This document shows, one piece after another, positions 11,376-26,409 of a stretch of DNA of 64,000 bases (position 1 is the stretch's first letter; each line of letters starts with the position of its first letter). Under the pieces are notes generated by a model. It was not told the DNA's origin, made no database searches, and saw only the letters and a program-made list of their open reading frames with translations. The DNA comes from Octopus vulgaris (lineage: Eukaryota). The position numbers were made by a program, and so were the translations under genes. The stretch is taken from the NCBI GenBank assembly GCA_951406725.2, contig OX597823.1, positions 107,570,001 to 107,634,000 on the forward strand. The letters run 5' to 3'.

Positions 11376-12728
11376 CACAGAAGTGAAGTAGCCTACTTGG
11401 ACTGGCCTTCAAGATGACTGGGACTCAATATAAGTGAACATTCTTGAGGGAGGTGCTCCAGCATGGCTGCAGCCTGTCTGAAGCATGTACATAGGCACAA
11501 ATATACACATATATATATAAGGAAACAATTCTATTCTCAAATGCAAGATAATGCATGAACAGGATAAACTATCCATATTTTGCAGAAAAATCTGTCAGCC
11601 GCCAGCCAGTGCACACAGACACATGTACCATGTGGGTTTTCGGTGACATTTACTCAGAACAAAACTATTTTATTGAGACATAAATGATTAGAAGCACATT
11701 AGTCAAATTAGCTTTTATTTAATCTCAGATGAATGAAGAAGCAAAGACAAAGTCAACCATAGCAGGATGTGAACCTAGAAGATTAGGAATTATTAGCTAA
11801 ATCGGTAAAACATCCAGTCTAGTATTCTGCTATCTTCAAAGTTTGTTCTTTTCTTGAACCCAAACTCACACTTTCCAAATTTATCAACTTTTACAACTAC
11901 AAGAGTGCTGAAGCAAAATATTCACAGACTGGAGACAATTGAAAAAATATATGCTAAGTTGCTTCTTTCTCCCCCTCCCCCAAACAGTAATAAGATAATA
12001 GATTCAGTAACATAACAGGATGAGAGATATTATTTCCCAGTCCACAGCACTTTGTGAAAATAGTGGATGGTAAAGAAGGTAGAGAGATTGTCATCCAACC
12101 TTCCATATAAAGCAACTCTATACCAGTTGACAATTATTCATTGATATATGTACTCTAAAACTCTGTTGACAAAGCATTAAATATTTCAACCCTGTTGCTA
12201 TGGAGAGTCTATAAAAATATGTCAATGTAGGAGTAAATTCAATTTTGTTTCTTCTTTCTGTCCCTATATAAACACATATATATTCATTCACATTTATGCA
12301 AATACAGATGCACATATACTCCTTCTGTGAGTCTGAAATTATAGCTATCTCTTACATGTGAATATAGCTTAATAAAATGTACATGCTTTTGCAGATTGTT
12401 TTAGGATGCTATGTAGTTGTGAGCAAAGACATTCTCTTGTCCCTACTCAACATTGATCCAACAGAAGACACAGGATGTGACAACTGAAGGGAGAAAGCAC
12501 TGCACTGAGTACTCAGCTGGCACTCATTTCAGTTGAGTAGACTAGAGAAATATGAAACTAAGAGCCTTGCTCAAGGGCATGAATTACTGCCTAGTCCAGA
12601 AATTGAACCTATGAACATATGCTCATGAGCCCAACACTCTAATATCAAGTCCACAGGCTTCCCATATACACATATACATTTCCCCACCCCATATGCATGT
12701 GTATATATCATCATCATTTTAGGTCTGT

Positions 12729-12915
12729 TGGTGACATGTAAAAAGCAGCCATCACACTCTTGGAATGGTTGGCATTAGGAAGGTCATCCAACTGTAGAAA
12801 CCAAGCCAAATCAGACTGGAGCTTGGTGCAGCTCTCTGGTTTACCAGTTCCAGTGAAACCATCAAACTCATGCCAGCATGGAAAGCAGATGCTAAATGAT
12901 GATGAAGATGATGAT
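12729..12915 (+). mobile_element. SINE family C 3' part (RTE-type tail)
   Basis: aaaagcagccatcacactcttggaatggttggcattaggaagg...catgccagcatggaaagcagatgctaaatgatgatg; related copies at 34775-34945, 37950-38120 and 40547-40835. Confidence 0.8.
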
Positions 12916-13899
12916 CCCAGGTAGCATAGGGTGGATGGGTGATCATGATTTAATTTCTTTTCAGAACTGACTGCCTCGTGGACCACTGCATGCATTTATC
13001 ATGTAGGGTTGGTTTCTATGGCAGGACCATTCAATCACCAACCATTTTGCAGAAAGTACTTGCTGCATTTTATCATGACAAGAGAGAGTGTCATGTTCTT
13101 GAGCACAAAATTAATGACTAATGGAACAACTTTACCCAGAACCTCCACATGTTCTCCAACCACTCTACAAGGAAGATAATCTCAAGAACTGATCATTTTT
13201 TTTAAAGTGACATAAGGAAAAAACAGTCTGATATTTTCTGGGGAAAAGCAGATATTGAGGAAAAGCATTTCTGACTCAGTCAGCAAAACAAGTACTACAT
13301 ATAAGTACTACATATATACAAAAAGTTTAGAGAACACATATTGCCTAGGGTAATGTGCGTAACTAAATCAAAAATGAGTTAACTACAGCCTCATAGAGCT
13401 AGCATGTATTTGGACAACAGAGACAAAACAGGTACACTAAATACAAGATTAATTCTTGATTTAATGAAATTATTTACAATTTAGAGAAGGTAAACAGATA
13501 CAAGGTGGCAGTTGTAACTGACACTATATGTAGTAGGAAAATTCTCTTTGTAACCAAGTGTGCAGTACTTTAGAGGAAGTATTTTCTACTATACCCCACA
13601 CGACTTTGAGTATTTCATATATGGGAACTTTTATAAAATCAGAAGCCTGTCATGACAGTATATGTGTTTAGTCAAAAGAAGAGTTTTTAGAAATCTCAGA
13701 AAGTCCTACACAAAATAGCCTTTTGCTGTAGGCAAGATAAATGACATAAAGAAAATATAGAGTAGCCAAGGACTCTCCCTTACAGCTCACTTTAACAGCG
13801 TTTTAAATGCCACAAAAGAAAAATAGTGGTAACAAGATATGCATATATAATATACACAGGTATGTGGCTAACATATTTGTCATAATGAATACACTCGGA

Positions 13900-14250
13900 A
13901 AACATGGAGAAATTAAAAGAACCAGGAAACTTCAACATCCACAACAGCACAAATAAAACTGTTAAAAATACAATGTCTCCATGTATAAACACAAAGCACA
14001 AGATAAAAAAAGCCAATAGAAATGCATTCATCAACAACAGGTATTCTGACAAAGTAATAGATCAAGCCATAAAACAACAGTCACAAAGATATAAGCACTA
14101 CACCTATTAAAAATACTAAAACTAATGAATCATATACTAACCAAAGGAGAGATATTCATACATTATCAAAAACCTCATAAAAGAGATCCCAATAATATAC
14201 AAACTAATATTACACAGCAAAAACACTAAGATCAAAAACTGTTTACACAC
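13900..14250 (+). mobile_element. Degenerate Penelope-like RT-thumb remnant
   Basis: KIKKANRNAFINNRYSDKVIDQAIK resembles the EI..I...L..NGYP...I..AI motif; linker-like KLILHSKNTKIKN follows. Confidence 0.5.
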
Positions 14251-15073
14251 ACATCTTGTCTCAATACGTATATATATTTTTTTTCAACACAGAAGCCTAA
14301 GTGTACTAATTATAATTTCAACCCTGCAAAACAGATCTCATTGAATCTTGTTTGTTGCCATAGCGAGAGCAATGTAGCCAACCTTGTGAGTATATAAAGG
14401 CACGCTAATTTGGGAATGGGAATTTTGTGTGTGAGTGTGATTTTGTTTAGGTGAAATCACATTATCATCTGATTTTTTTCAATTATCTATCCAGTACACA
14501 ACACAGGACACTAGCAGTTTCTTGAAACAAAACTTTAAGTTACCCTAAATTTCCTTTATTTCTCAACAATGTCCACACACATACGTATGCATGTACATAT
14601 ATAAAAATTCCTTTCATAATTTTTTTCCCATACACTTCAATATTCCAAGTTTTTTTTTTTTTCAGTCTTTCTAATTTCATTTATTTTTTCTTTTAAATAA
14701 CTGTTTACCCTCTCATTTGCCAATCTATTTGCTTTTGATATTTCCTTTCAGTGTAGTTTACATATATAACACATTGCTTCCAGCAATTTATTATATGGAC
14801 ATATCTTCTTTCAGCTGTATCCCTACCATATTTCTCCATTCATATCTACAATCCTCTTTTTCAAGTTTCCTTTCAGTTTCTGTGCAAATAAGTATTTTCA
14901 ACTTGCAAATCCATTATTTCCAATATTCACTATCAGTGTTTCTGACACAAACAAACACACACATGTGTGTGTGTAGATATACATACATACACACATCAGT
15001 TCCATTTTTTTTTTATTTTTCAAATAAGTTAACATAGAAGTGTTTCTTTGTTACACACATACATATATAAGAG

Positions 15074-15119
<46 letters not shown>

Positions 15120-16149
15120 ACAGCTTCCAATAATATATCGGTTCGGTTATTTCTAAAGCAGGGGTTTTCAATAACACAAACTGCTCAGTTTTTAAATTTA
15201 CATATTCAGCTGTCTACTTCACATATTGCAATTTTTAACACTTAACACATTACAATTTAATGCAATTTTTTACACTTATGCATTTCAATTTCGAAAGGTT
15301 CAATTGAAGCTTTCAATTTCATATATTGCATATTTCATATCTATCTGTTTCAAAAATTTCATTTAATATTCACACTTTTGCATTTCAAGTTTTCTACACT
15401 TATACATACAAAGTTTTCTTACAATATTTACAAAGTATTGTTTGCATGTTGCATAACTACAGACGCCCATTTTAGAACTTTCATTTTAACCTTTAACTGT
15501 GATAACTCCCAATTCTTAAGAATGGTGCATCACCTTATTTTCCTTTGCATCTTATATATCCATTTTATACATTTCTTTGAATATATTTACAAACAGTAAG
15601 GTAGAACAGAGAAACTATAAAACTGTCACCAGTGTATGCATATATGCACACATATACATATAAATGTGACAAACTGGCAGTCATAGAGCAGTGAATTGAA
15701 TGGTTGATAGTATTAGGTTTGATTCTCACCATTCTGAATTCAGATAATACTAAGGTCAACTTTATCCTTCATCCTTTAGGGATCAATAAAAACACATCAT
15801 GCCAAAGTAGTGAACTGTTAAAACAGTGGGCAGGAAAAGATGCTTCAGAATTCTAACAGCAATATTTGCAATGATATCAGTGCCAAGTTACTTCAGCCCT
15901 CGTGTAGCAGCTTACCCTTCAGACAACCTCAGTGGCATAGAGAAAGAAAACATGAATTAGGTCTGGGTTTAAAAGGGTGCAACTGCATGATCAACTATGA
16001 CATACAAAGGCACTGTATGTATGTGTGTATATATTTCACTTAGGCATATATGTGTGTTTTTTTGTGTGTGTAAACAGACACACATACATACATTTTCAAG
16101 TGCACACATTCATACACACACACATGTATATGTAGTTTTCGACACCAGT

Positions 16150-16232
16150 TATTAGATGTGCTTCTGACCATAACAGAGCTTAAGACTGGTTGTCTGTGGG
16201 AACTTCTGTAAGCTGATGACCTACTTCTCACA
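16150..16232 (+). mobile_element. RTE LINE reverse-transcriptase fragment
   Basis: LTITELKTGCLWELL*ADDLLL is a decayed G.PWELLYADDL.L catalytic motif. Confidence 0.8.
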
Positions 16233-19200
16233 ATAAGTTAAAAAAAAAAAACTGAGCAAAGGCTAAAGTATAAGTAAGAAAGTAGGCAGGACCCTAATAA
16301 CGTGTTTAAGGATGTACATGAATATATATACACACACATACATACATATACATCTGTGTATAGATTATACACACATGCATCTACATACATGTATTCACAT
16401 ATATATCTATATAGATATATATGTATCATCAGCATGGCTATCGTTAATTTTTAACAGCTGTTTTTCCATGCTTGCAACCTCTTACTGTTGTCAAACTTCA
16501 CCTGTTTCCAAGCAAGGAAATAAGTGACACTGTTTGTGTGAGGGTGACACTCATTTACATCTCACAAAATGTCAAGACAAGGTCTACACATATGAGCTTC
16601 CGTCAATCAAAACCACATACAAAGGCTTTGATCAGTCTGGAAGTACAGAAGATAGGTGCCCAAGGTACAATGCTGTAGAACTGAGCCTAAAGTCATGTGG
16701 TTGGAAAGAAAACTTCTTAACCACAGTAATGCTCGTCAAGATATATAATAATATACTTGAAGAAAGAACACTAGGCTATAATAACAAAGTAGAGTGAGGA
16801 ATATGAATTTAATTTCAGTTCAAAAAGCTGTTTAACTGGTGAAATGTCTCTCATTTCATCTAATGAGTCATCAAAGTGGGAAATCATAGGATCGGGATTT
16901 ATTCTGTGGATCCATTTGAAGAGATGAGAGAACTAATCAGCTTTTTCCAGTAAAATACATATGATTGTTCTATGTATACCTGTGTGTATGTATACATGCA
17001 CCCTACGTCTATAATATTACTGTTTTTGAATAGTGGAGAAGCAAAATGAAATAAATTTCAGATTATGTATGAGTACTGATTCCGTAACAGATTCAATAGG
17101 CAGAAGAAAAAGGAAAACAAAAAGCAAAGAAATATTATATGCCAAAATTATGATGAGAAAAAAAGAAAAGCTAAAACGATTAATTTGATAAATGAGGTGG
17201 TGATGGTGGTTGTGAGGTTTAACTAATGATTTACTGGGCCAGTTTAGGAAACCCATTTAGAGAAAAGTTACAGGAGTCTGGAAGGGTAAATTTTTCAACC
17301 TTATATGGTTGATACTACATGAAAATAACAAGGTACTTTCTTTGTCATAAGTGTATACAAAGCTGGTGAAGCCTTTATGTACAGAAATATTTTAATTTTC
17401 TTTCTTTTTCCTGTAAAGCCAGTTAATAAAAGTATAAAGAAAAGATGAGAGGTAAACAGGTTAATAAGTAAATTCTTAGATTTCATGTGTTGGAGGCATG
17501 TATGAGTGTATACACAGGCATGCACATATGTACATGTGTATACAAACACATATACACATGCATTTAATGTAAAGTTATAAGTAAGGACAGACAAAAACAT
17601 TAAATCAAGAGGAATGAAAGGCAAAAGTTAACACTGCTAGGATTTAACCTCAGAAAGTAAAGAGCCAAAAGAAATACCACAAGGCATTTTGTCCAACATT
17701 TTAACAGTTTTGTTTCTCCCCCAAAAGTTTTTAAACATATTGGTTGTAATAACTAAATATTTAGAAATGAGGGAGAAAAAAATAAACAAACATTGCTTTG
17801 GTAAGAAAAAAGACTAATTATCACATTATTCAGAAATGGTTTCAGTGAGAATATGTTTAAGTAAACAACTAAACTGACCAGGGAAACAGATAAATAAGAA
17901 AAGAACTTTTGACTTATTTCAAGCAGTAAATTTGTTGCTAATTTCAATCTTTAATGAAACTCCTCCCACCTATGTATAGAAATAGTGAAACTGACAAACT
18001 GATAATATGACTCTCTCTCTCTCATCCCTTCACTTTCTTAATATGAAAACCTTCCAGTGAATCACATAAACCCCCCCTCTCTCTCTCTCTCTCTCTCATA
18101 CACACAGTAAGGTCTATACTGAAGCAAAGATAAGTTTTTAACAGATCAAAGTGGGGTGAATATCTTTTGAAAGTTAAATTAAGCTATTATATACTCGACA
18201 GCCTGAATAGACAAGTGGTAAAACATTTAACAACCCATGCAAATTTACAAGGAAACTCAACACACAAGTAATGAATATTCAATTTTAATAGAGACAAAAC
18301 CTAACTAAAGTTACAACTGCTGCTGCTGCTACAACAATAATTACTACTACTTCTACTACCACTAACAACCACCACCAATAGAGCCATTAATTATAATAAT
18401 TATACATTTTTGTTTCTGCTTTAATAATGCTTGTATTGTTCTAATGATACAAAACTGAAATATCCCATGAGAACCAGTTCAAGAAAAAGAGCAAGAGTCA
18501 AATTAAATAAAAAGATGGAAACAAAAATTTTAAAAAAATATAATAGCAAATATTAACAGAAAAAAAAGCAGCAGCTGAGGAAATGCTATGAGGCATTTCT
18601 TCCAGCTCTTAACATTCTAAGTTCTAATTCGATTGAGGTCAATTTTAACTTTCATCCCTCCCAGGTCAGTAAAACAAAGTACCAGTCAAGGGATGGGTTG
18701 ATAAAATCAACCTAACTCCACTCCCACACACCTCAAAACTCTGGTCAATTTGAGATGTGTTTAGCATTTTTAACATCAATATTTACTACAACAGTAATTT
18801 CTTTCAATGCTACAAAAGGGGAGAATGTAAGTTACTAAAAGATAAGGAGTTTGAAATTAAGACCAAGCAGTAGAGACTGGACTTAGTGAGGGATGGTAAA
18901 TACTGATGTTTATATTTGTGCATAAGGAGGACTCAACTAACATGAACAATTTTAATAAGAAAGAATTCATAAAAATAATTTTGTAGACACATTACTAATT
19001 ATGTCTGTTAGTAATGAGTACCTGTCAAAAACCAAGAGCCTGTTTTGGTTTTCAAAGGTAGAAGGGAAGCATTCAACCAAATTCATCTGAATATATTACT
19101 TATACTTATGTGATCGATTTAAAGAGATACTCATCTCCATGCAGCATGAAACAAGAGTCCAGAAAAAAACATTCATTTCATGTCATACTAAACTGAAGAC

Positions 19201-19929
19201 CATTCAATATTAATGCTATGATTTCAAGGAAGTTGACCCCAAAAAATGTATAAAGAGTGGAGTCAATGATAGTGGAATATCAACCACAATAAAAAGAAGC
19301 AATTTAACAATAAAACATTTTAGTTTGGTTGCTCTCTAATTCCTGTTATCTTACAATCATATTAACAATAGCAATGATGGTAATGACAATCATAATAACG
19401 TTAATAATAGAAAAAAAAACTATATTAAATTAAGTGTTTTAAGTGCACAATTTCTTATTAAAATAGAACTAAATGTGTGAGAGCGTTTCTGAGTGTATGC
19501 ATGCCTGCATACCAACAAACTATATACCAAAAAACTTTATGATCTATTTGCAATTTAGTATTCCTGTGTCTATTCACTGTCATAATACTGTTTGTTTTAA
19601 GAAGTATTTATATTGAGTATATTTATAATAATTCAATGCTTAGACATGTTTGTGCATATGAATGTTATCGACATATTAAATGTAAATAAGATTTAACATG
19701 ACTAGTAGTTGTGGGTGGAGGAAAGGATTTTGTAATAGAAATTTAATCCAATATAAAAATTGGTTTTAAAGTTAAAAGGAAAAACCTAAAGGAAAAGAAA
19801 ATGAGATAAAAATTTGCATCACACCAACTGAAAAGTAACAATGACATGACTACCATAAGGTATAGATACACAACAACACCTACAACTAAACTATAAAGTT
19901 GTCCTGGTAGTGGAAGTGGTAACAAAATT

Positions 19930-20172
19930 CATTAAGACTTTTTCAAACCTACCTGACACTGACTGCGCTTACTTATGTAATACAAAGCCTCCTATTTTAA
20001 GGAGTTCAGATGTAAATTTAAATTAAAACTTTCCAATATACAAGAACCTTTTTCATAAGTTATGCTGCAAAAGTTTAATAATGACAAAGTAACTCTAATT
20101 CCCATCAAACTCTTGATTATTTTCAAAAGTAACTGAAAGTCAGTGTATGTCACTGGAGACAAAATGGTTAAT
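19930..20172. mobile_element. Degenerate short non-autonomous DNA element (TTAA-ended, piggyBac-like MITE)
   Basis: Begins near ttaagac and ends ...aatggttaa; AT-rich body. Family assignment is from memory only. Confidence 0.4.
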
Positions 20173-21547
20173 AACGATTATATTTAGTGGAAATAATAAA
20201 ATTATTAATGCAATGAAACAAACTGGTTTTAAAAAGAAACAGAAAAAGTTTAAAATTGGCATATAGTCAACTGACTAGACTTAGTATATTAGCAGTAGTG
20301 TCAAACATGGAGAAGAGGAGAGACAAAGTAAATTGTAGAGTAATTGAAACTAAAAAAAAAGTAAATGATTTAAATTAAAGCTTGGCAGTGAACTGGCCAC
20401 ACCACCATATTCTTAGTAATGACCGTAATATGACTATGAGGGTAAGATGAGACAGTAAAAAAGTAGGATGTATATTTTAAGCACTTTTCTCAAATCCTGG
20501 CTGTTCTGAATTGAAAGTCAATTGGATATCCAGTCATTTAACAGAGAATAAAGGTGATAGTGAAAGTCTTAAGATATGTAAAATGTGTGTGGGTGCACAT
20601 GTATGAGGGTGTGTATGTTTCACCTGCTGCCATAATCAATGCAAACTTGACAATGAATCTAATCTCAGTATTGTCCCTTCAACCAGTAAATGTTCCCATA
20701 CACCATGTCAGTTCTTAGTTCCCCCAGGAATGACCTACTTGCCACCACATCCACTAATAACCATTCATACAAAAATAACATGAGATCTTTCATTCCCTAC
20801 AAACATTCCCTAATCAAGCATCATCCATACACAAACTTGATACCACAGATCAGACCTTTATTGATTGCATTGAGAAACCTTAAAAGCATCTTTCAGTGAG
20901 GCTATGCCAACTTTGTCTCATTTAACAGCCCCAAAAAAACCTCACATGTTACACAAATCAAAACATTGCCAAACAACACCATCTCTAAACATGAGTGGCA
21001 TTTAACTAAATCTCTCTATCACTCCAAATGCTAAGTTGCACTATCACTGAAGATTTATCCCGTTGAAAGTACATCCTTAGCCTAGCCCTTCTCTTTAGGA
21101 TCAGAAAATATTCAGCTCACAACAGTTGCTGACACTGACTCAATTGAGACCCACAATGGAGTATTGTACCCACATCAGGGACAATGCTGCTGTTGCTACA
21201 TACACTGACAGAAAAGGGCCACTTATCTGATTGGCACTCCATCACTTATACACTCCAGCCTCTGGTTAGCTTCAGAAAATGCTAGTAGTGGGAAATTTTA
21301 TTACTACTTCCAGCAGCTTCAGCAACTATGTAGAGGTTCCACCATTCGGTCATCCATGAAATAGCATATGCAAAACGCCAATTGTATAAATATACAGATA
21401 CGTGCGCATAATCACATAAATAACTATACAAAGGATACAAATGTAGCTGAAGATAGTTTTACTAATTTTGCATCAGGTAATAACCAACTTCAGAAAATTG
21501 GTGTATCCTAATTATGATGATAAATGAAATGAAACAACTGATATTAC

Positions 21548-21677
21548 CTCCAAACAATGAGAACAACCACTATTACTACCAAAAATAAACTTTCATAACA
21601 GAGGAAATGACTAATAACACGGATCATTATGGATCCCCTTAGCCAGATAATGGTGTGTGGTGAGGTTTCAGTGAAGG
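21548..21677 (-). other. Candidate 130-nt internal exon (probably 5'UTR, contains a hydrophobic uORF start at 21627)
   Basis: Strong acceptor ttaatttatttttctatttcag| and donor GGAG|gtaata; unique sequence. Confidence 0.55.
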
Positions 21678-22954
21678 CTGAAATAGAAAAATAAATTAAT
21701 AATAATAATAATATATCCAACAATAACAAAAAAAAATAGTAGACAACACCATGCAATATCCGGAAGTATGAGGGACTAATAAGTAAAGGGTAATAATAAT
21801 GAATAATGAGAAACTGAAACAAGCTTAGAGCAGAAGGTGTGAGTAATCTGACTGACATGAAACGACAACAACAACTACAACTACTCCTACCACTACAACA
21901 ACAATACTGAAGTTAGAGGTGGCACCACTCCTAGCCTAGAGGAAATTGTAGTAGAGCAATTATTGACTAATAATTAGATGACTGGTAAGGCAGTAAACTT
22001 TTAAAAAAGTAAATAAACTAACCAAGCCTTTTAAAAGAAATTATTACAAAAATGAAATGTGTGTGTGTGTGTGTGTGTGTGTAAACATACACAAAAGCAA
22101 TAAACCTAACAACTTCCAATAAAAAAAAAGTTTTTTTGTTAAAATTCACATGATTATTTTTATGAAATGTGTCATTTAGGTGTGGGCTATTGAAAAAACA
22201 AAGATGGACAAAAAATACGGAAATTCAATTACTAATAAACTATTTTTTGAACTAAATTTCATAATAAAAGAAGTAGCTTTGAAAACGAAACAGCTTCAAA
22301 TGACATCATATTTGGTTAAACCAATGCTCTGTAAGAAGTTTCATTTCTCTCACACAAATTTATTAAATAACTAAACTGAAACAACTTACAAAATTATGAG
22401 TAAATTTCAAGTGAAACACTGAGTAAGAATATTGATATCTAAGCGCTTATAAAACAACTGGAGTGTTACTAGTTATATGACAGGTAACTTTGGATGTACA
22501 TCCAATAATTATAATTTAACTGATCAAATTTCCTGGTGCTTATACAAATTGATGAAATACTAATTTTCAAAAGATTATTTATTACCTTGAAATAAAATTA
22601 GACAAAATAAATTTCTCTTTTGCATAAGTACTTTCTCATTTACCACTTCTCCTCCTGTCTCAATGATGCTTTCTCTCTCAACATGTGTGTGTAGCCTACC
22701 TTTACTCACCACCTGCTACCAAGCCTAGTATGAGCATTAATCTTGCACTCCTTATGTCGACTCACTCTGTACCTCTCTTTCCCTCTTTCTATGCAATATA
22801 AACATGACAGGAGAAATAAACCAACCAAATAGGTTATTACTATATAGAGATAAGATGTTTATGCATACACTCACGCAAAGTAAATAGTCTTAGTTTTGAT
22901 GATAAGCATTCAATTATTTAATCAAATGTATTACTTTTTCATTGAATTAATGTG

Positions 22955-23095
22955 TAAGTCGACTTTGGCGAACTTTGCCTTTCATCCTTTCGGGTTCGAA
23001 AAATTAAGTACCAGTTGTGTACTGGAGGCGGTCTAATCAACTGCCCCCTCTCCCCCAAAATTTTGGAGCTTGTGCCTAGAGTAAAAAATAAAGAA
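22955..23095 (+). mobile_element. SINE family B fragment
   Basis: gactttggcgaactttgcctttcatcctttcgggttcgaaaaattaagtaccag...cttgtgcctagagtaaaa. Confidence 0.8.
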
Positions 23096-23257
23096 TACTT
23101 CCCATAAACAGTGTGATTTGTTATCTTGGGTATGTACTATGGGAAGTATTAAGAAACACTACTATCCAAACAGCTTCAATGTTTCACAAAGACACACATG
23201 AACATATATATGTGTGTGTGTGTATATATATATGTTTATATATATATATATATATAT

Positions 23258-23390
23258 GATGGGCTTTGATTCACTTTCTTTCTACCAAGGTATCAACTCA
23301 CAAGACTTTGGTTAGTCCAGAGCTACAATACAATATACTTTGCCAAAAAGCCAGGCACTAGCACCAAATTGCAAACCAAGTAGTTGGGGT
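23258..23390 (-). mobile_element. Degenerate family A SINE
   Basis: gatgggctt...ctaccaagg...caactcacaagactttggttagtccagagctacaata is the reverse complement of the family A head. Confidence 0.65.
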
Positions 23391-23761
23391 CCTTGAGAAT
23401 TGATTTAGTAAGCAGAAACTCTCAGAGAAGCTCCTCTGTGTCTGTGTTAGTGTCTTGTTGCCTTGATATTGTGGGATAGTTGCAATCAAACATAACCTAC
23501 ATACAAGGAGTGTCTTCTATTTCCAACATACTGATGGGAAAAAGGAAATAGGTTACTTGAAAACAGGTGAGGCTCGGTGACAGGAAAGGTAACTGATCAA
23601 GGAAAATATGCCTCAACGATTTCTATCTGACCCAAGATAGAATAGATCATTAAAATGATGATGATATAGTAAATAAAAAACAAAGCTGAAATGGGAAAAA
23701 CATTAAGAGAGAGGAGACAAACAAATAAGCACCACACTGTGAAGTTACAGAAGTGGAGAAA

Positions 23762-24155
23762 GCATGGAGGCAGGATTAAGAAGTTTCCTTCCCAACAACT
23801 TGGCATCAAGTTTGGTCCCACTGTGTAGCATCTTAGGCAAGTCTCGTTTAGAAGGTTGACCCAACCAAAGCCCTGTGAACGAGTGGATTTGGAAGATGGA
23901 AAAAGAAAGAGACCAGCTGTATATGTATACAGTGTTTAGTGTCTCTTGCCTTGACATCATGCATTAGTTGCAAAAGAATGTCATCATCATCATCATACTT
24001 TGTCTCCAATCTTTGGGAAAACATGACCAACCATGGAGAAATATTTCTATTTTTGGAAGCAAGTGAGGGTTGACAATTGGAAAGCATCAAACGATAGAAA
24101 AGCTGTCTCAACAAATTCCATTTGATCCAATCCAAGTACAAAACAGTAGATGATA
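23762..24155 (+). mobile_element. Family A SINE with RTE-type tail
   Basis: gtcccactgtgtagcatcttaggcaagt...gtggatttggaagatggaaa, then a tail like 4030-4245. Confidence 0.75.
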
Positions 24156-26409
24156 CACACACACACACAAACATATATACATATATCTAAATACACACAA
24201 AACTGACTTTTAAAAGCATAATACAACCTGAGAAAGTAACAGTGGTTGCACCCTTCTTTATTTGCCTGAGATACTCAGAATGACAGCCAACATACACATT
24301 TTTTGGACACAAAGGTTAGCAGTATTTGGATGGGGCTAACTTAATTACATCTACATAAATGCTTTCTACCAGTCACTCAACATGCAATTTCTTATAATTA
24401 ACAAAACAAGCATTCGAAAGTGTAATCATAGGTAGCCCATGTGAGATCAATTCTGGATCCTCTACCATACAGAGCCCCTAAAATTTGTACATTTATAAGT
24501 ATTTTATTTCACTATCAGATGTGTAATTCAGACTTTCTTAAATCATTAGCAGCTTCATGATTAGTCCAGCATTGTGTGAATGGTGACATCGTGTGTGTTC
24601 ATAGGATACAATCTGAGGAAAATGGTGGTGTAATTTTTACATTGCCTGTAAAGAATATATTCATTAGCTCAGCATATCCCAAAATCTGTGGAAAAATACT
24701 TTACTTGACAGGCAAGTAGGAATTGTCAACAGGAAAAGCATCCAGCCCTAAAATACTGCTTAAGTATTTAATTCAAGCCAACATAGAAAAAAATATTTTA
24801 TAGATACATGATGATGATGATGCAAGTGCACACACACACACACACACATACACCTATATAGACAGGTACATATATACAACACAGACACACACCCATGATT
24901 TTCAATGTGATCCGTGTAACGTGCCACAGATGTTCCCAAAATTAGACCCTACCCTTTTACTTCCTATTATGCATTCATAAGTTCTCTGCAGATAGGAATA
25001 AGAGTGGTGAATCACAACTGAACTTCTGATGATAAGATGCTTGATCAGGTCAAACTTTGGAGGTAAACACCAACAAAATACACATACATGTGTTCAAATA
25101 CACACTCACACATCAAAGCGGACAGTTCAATTTTGATTTAAAAGGCCTACGGTGTTTCAGTCTAAAAGTTTGAGGAAAGTTAGAAAGTATAAATGAATTT
25201 TCTATGTGCATCGTTCATGGTCAGTTCACATGACAAACATATCTTTAACTAGTCCAGTCTTAGCTTCAGTGGGCAAGAAACTAACTTAACATTCTGTACA
25301 CCAAAACTACATCAGCCAATGTAACTTTTTTCTCTTTTAAAATAGTAAGATGTAATTTAAGGGGATTTAACTATATTTCTACAAAGTCTGTGGCTCAGTC
25401 TTAGTATATAGCTGAAGAACCAGCTACTAGTGAGTTCGTAAGTTATACAAACAATAATATGCATGCATAACCAGTCAGTACACAATGTATATATATATAT
25501 ATGCATGCTTAATACCTTATATTATGTACAAATCTTTCCCAAAAGATGCAAGATTTGTGCTAAGTTCAGAAATATACAAAATATTTCAGGATAAAAGAGC
25601 ACACTTTTCATTATCTTTGTCATACATAGAAATCACGTACAACGTACGTACATCAATAGATTGAAAACCACAATATAATAAACAAAAGAAGAAGAAAAAA
25701 AGAGAACTAATTTAATATCATACTCAGTATATTAATTAAAGACTCACATGTGACTTGGAATGTAATTTGAAATACTCCTCAAATGGAACAATTATTAGTA
25801 CTAAGTTTAAAAGCAACTTCTGCAGTCACTGCTCAACCAGGGGAAACAACTGTGTAATTCTTGATGCATAAGCGAAACTGCGGTCTGTTCATTGTGACAG
25901 AATTCTAACGCTTTGTCAATGTGTAGCAGCAGTAAAGAGACGGTGCAAGGGCTGGTTACTACGAAATAAGCAGATAAAGAAACATGTGCGTATTGTTGTC
26001 ATCGTTCAATGGTAACCATACTTTATTTAGTCGGTTATCAAGTGGATCAAAACAGGCCAACGATAGGACATCTATCTGGTCGTTCGACATGTTAGAAACA
26101 ACAGTCAAATCTTCTTCAAACCACACCCTACCGTCTTAAAAAGGGACGTAGTATGCAGAAAAATGTGATGGTCATAGTTTGCCCGGCCAGAGATGACCTG
26201 GGGCTCAACAACAACAATCAAAATCGAAATTACAATCTTACACGTATAATACAGAGCTTACTGTATAACAAACCATGTGATGGTGCAACAACAGAAGAAG
26301 CTATTCTCAACACATCTCATCTTGAACTACCGGACAACACCCACAGATTGTAATAACATGAGGCACTCGTCAGAGAAGCTTACATTTTCTAATTGACAAA
26401 ATCAAGTTA

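Noticed and set aside
19953-19991. 39-nt AG/GT-bounded segment (EALYYISKRSQCQ) with donor cag|gtaggt
   Set aside because: Lies inside a probable MITE, has a weak acceptor and is closed in phase 1
20620-21300. Non-repetitive, possibly LINE-derived stretch
   Set aside because: No recognisable motif in any frame
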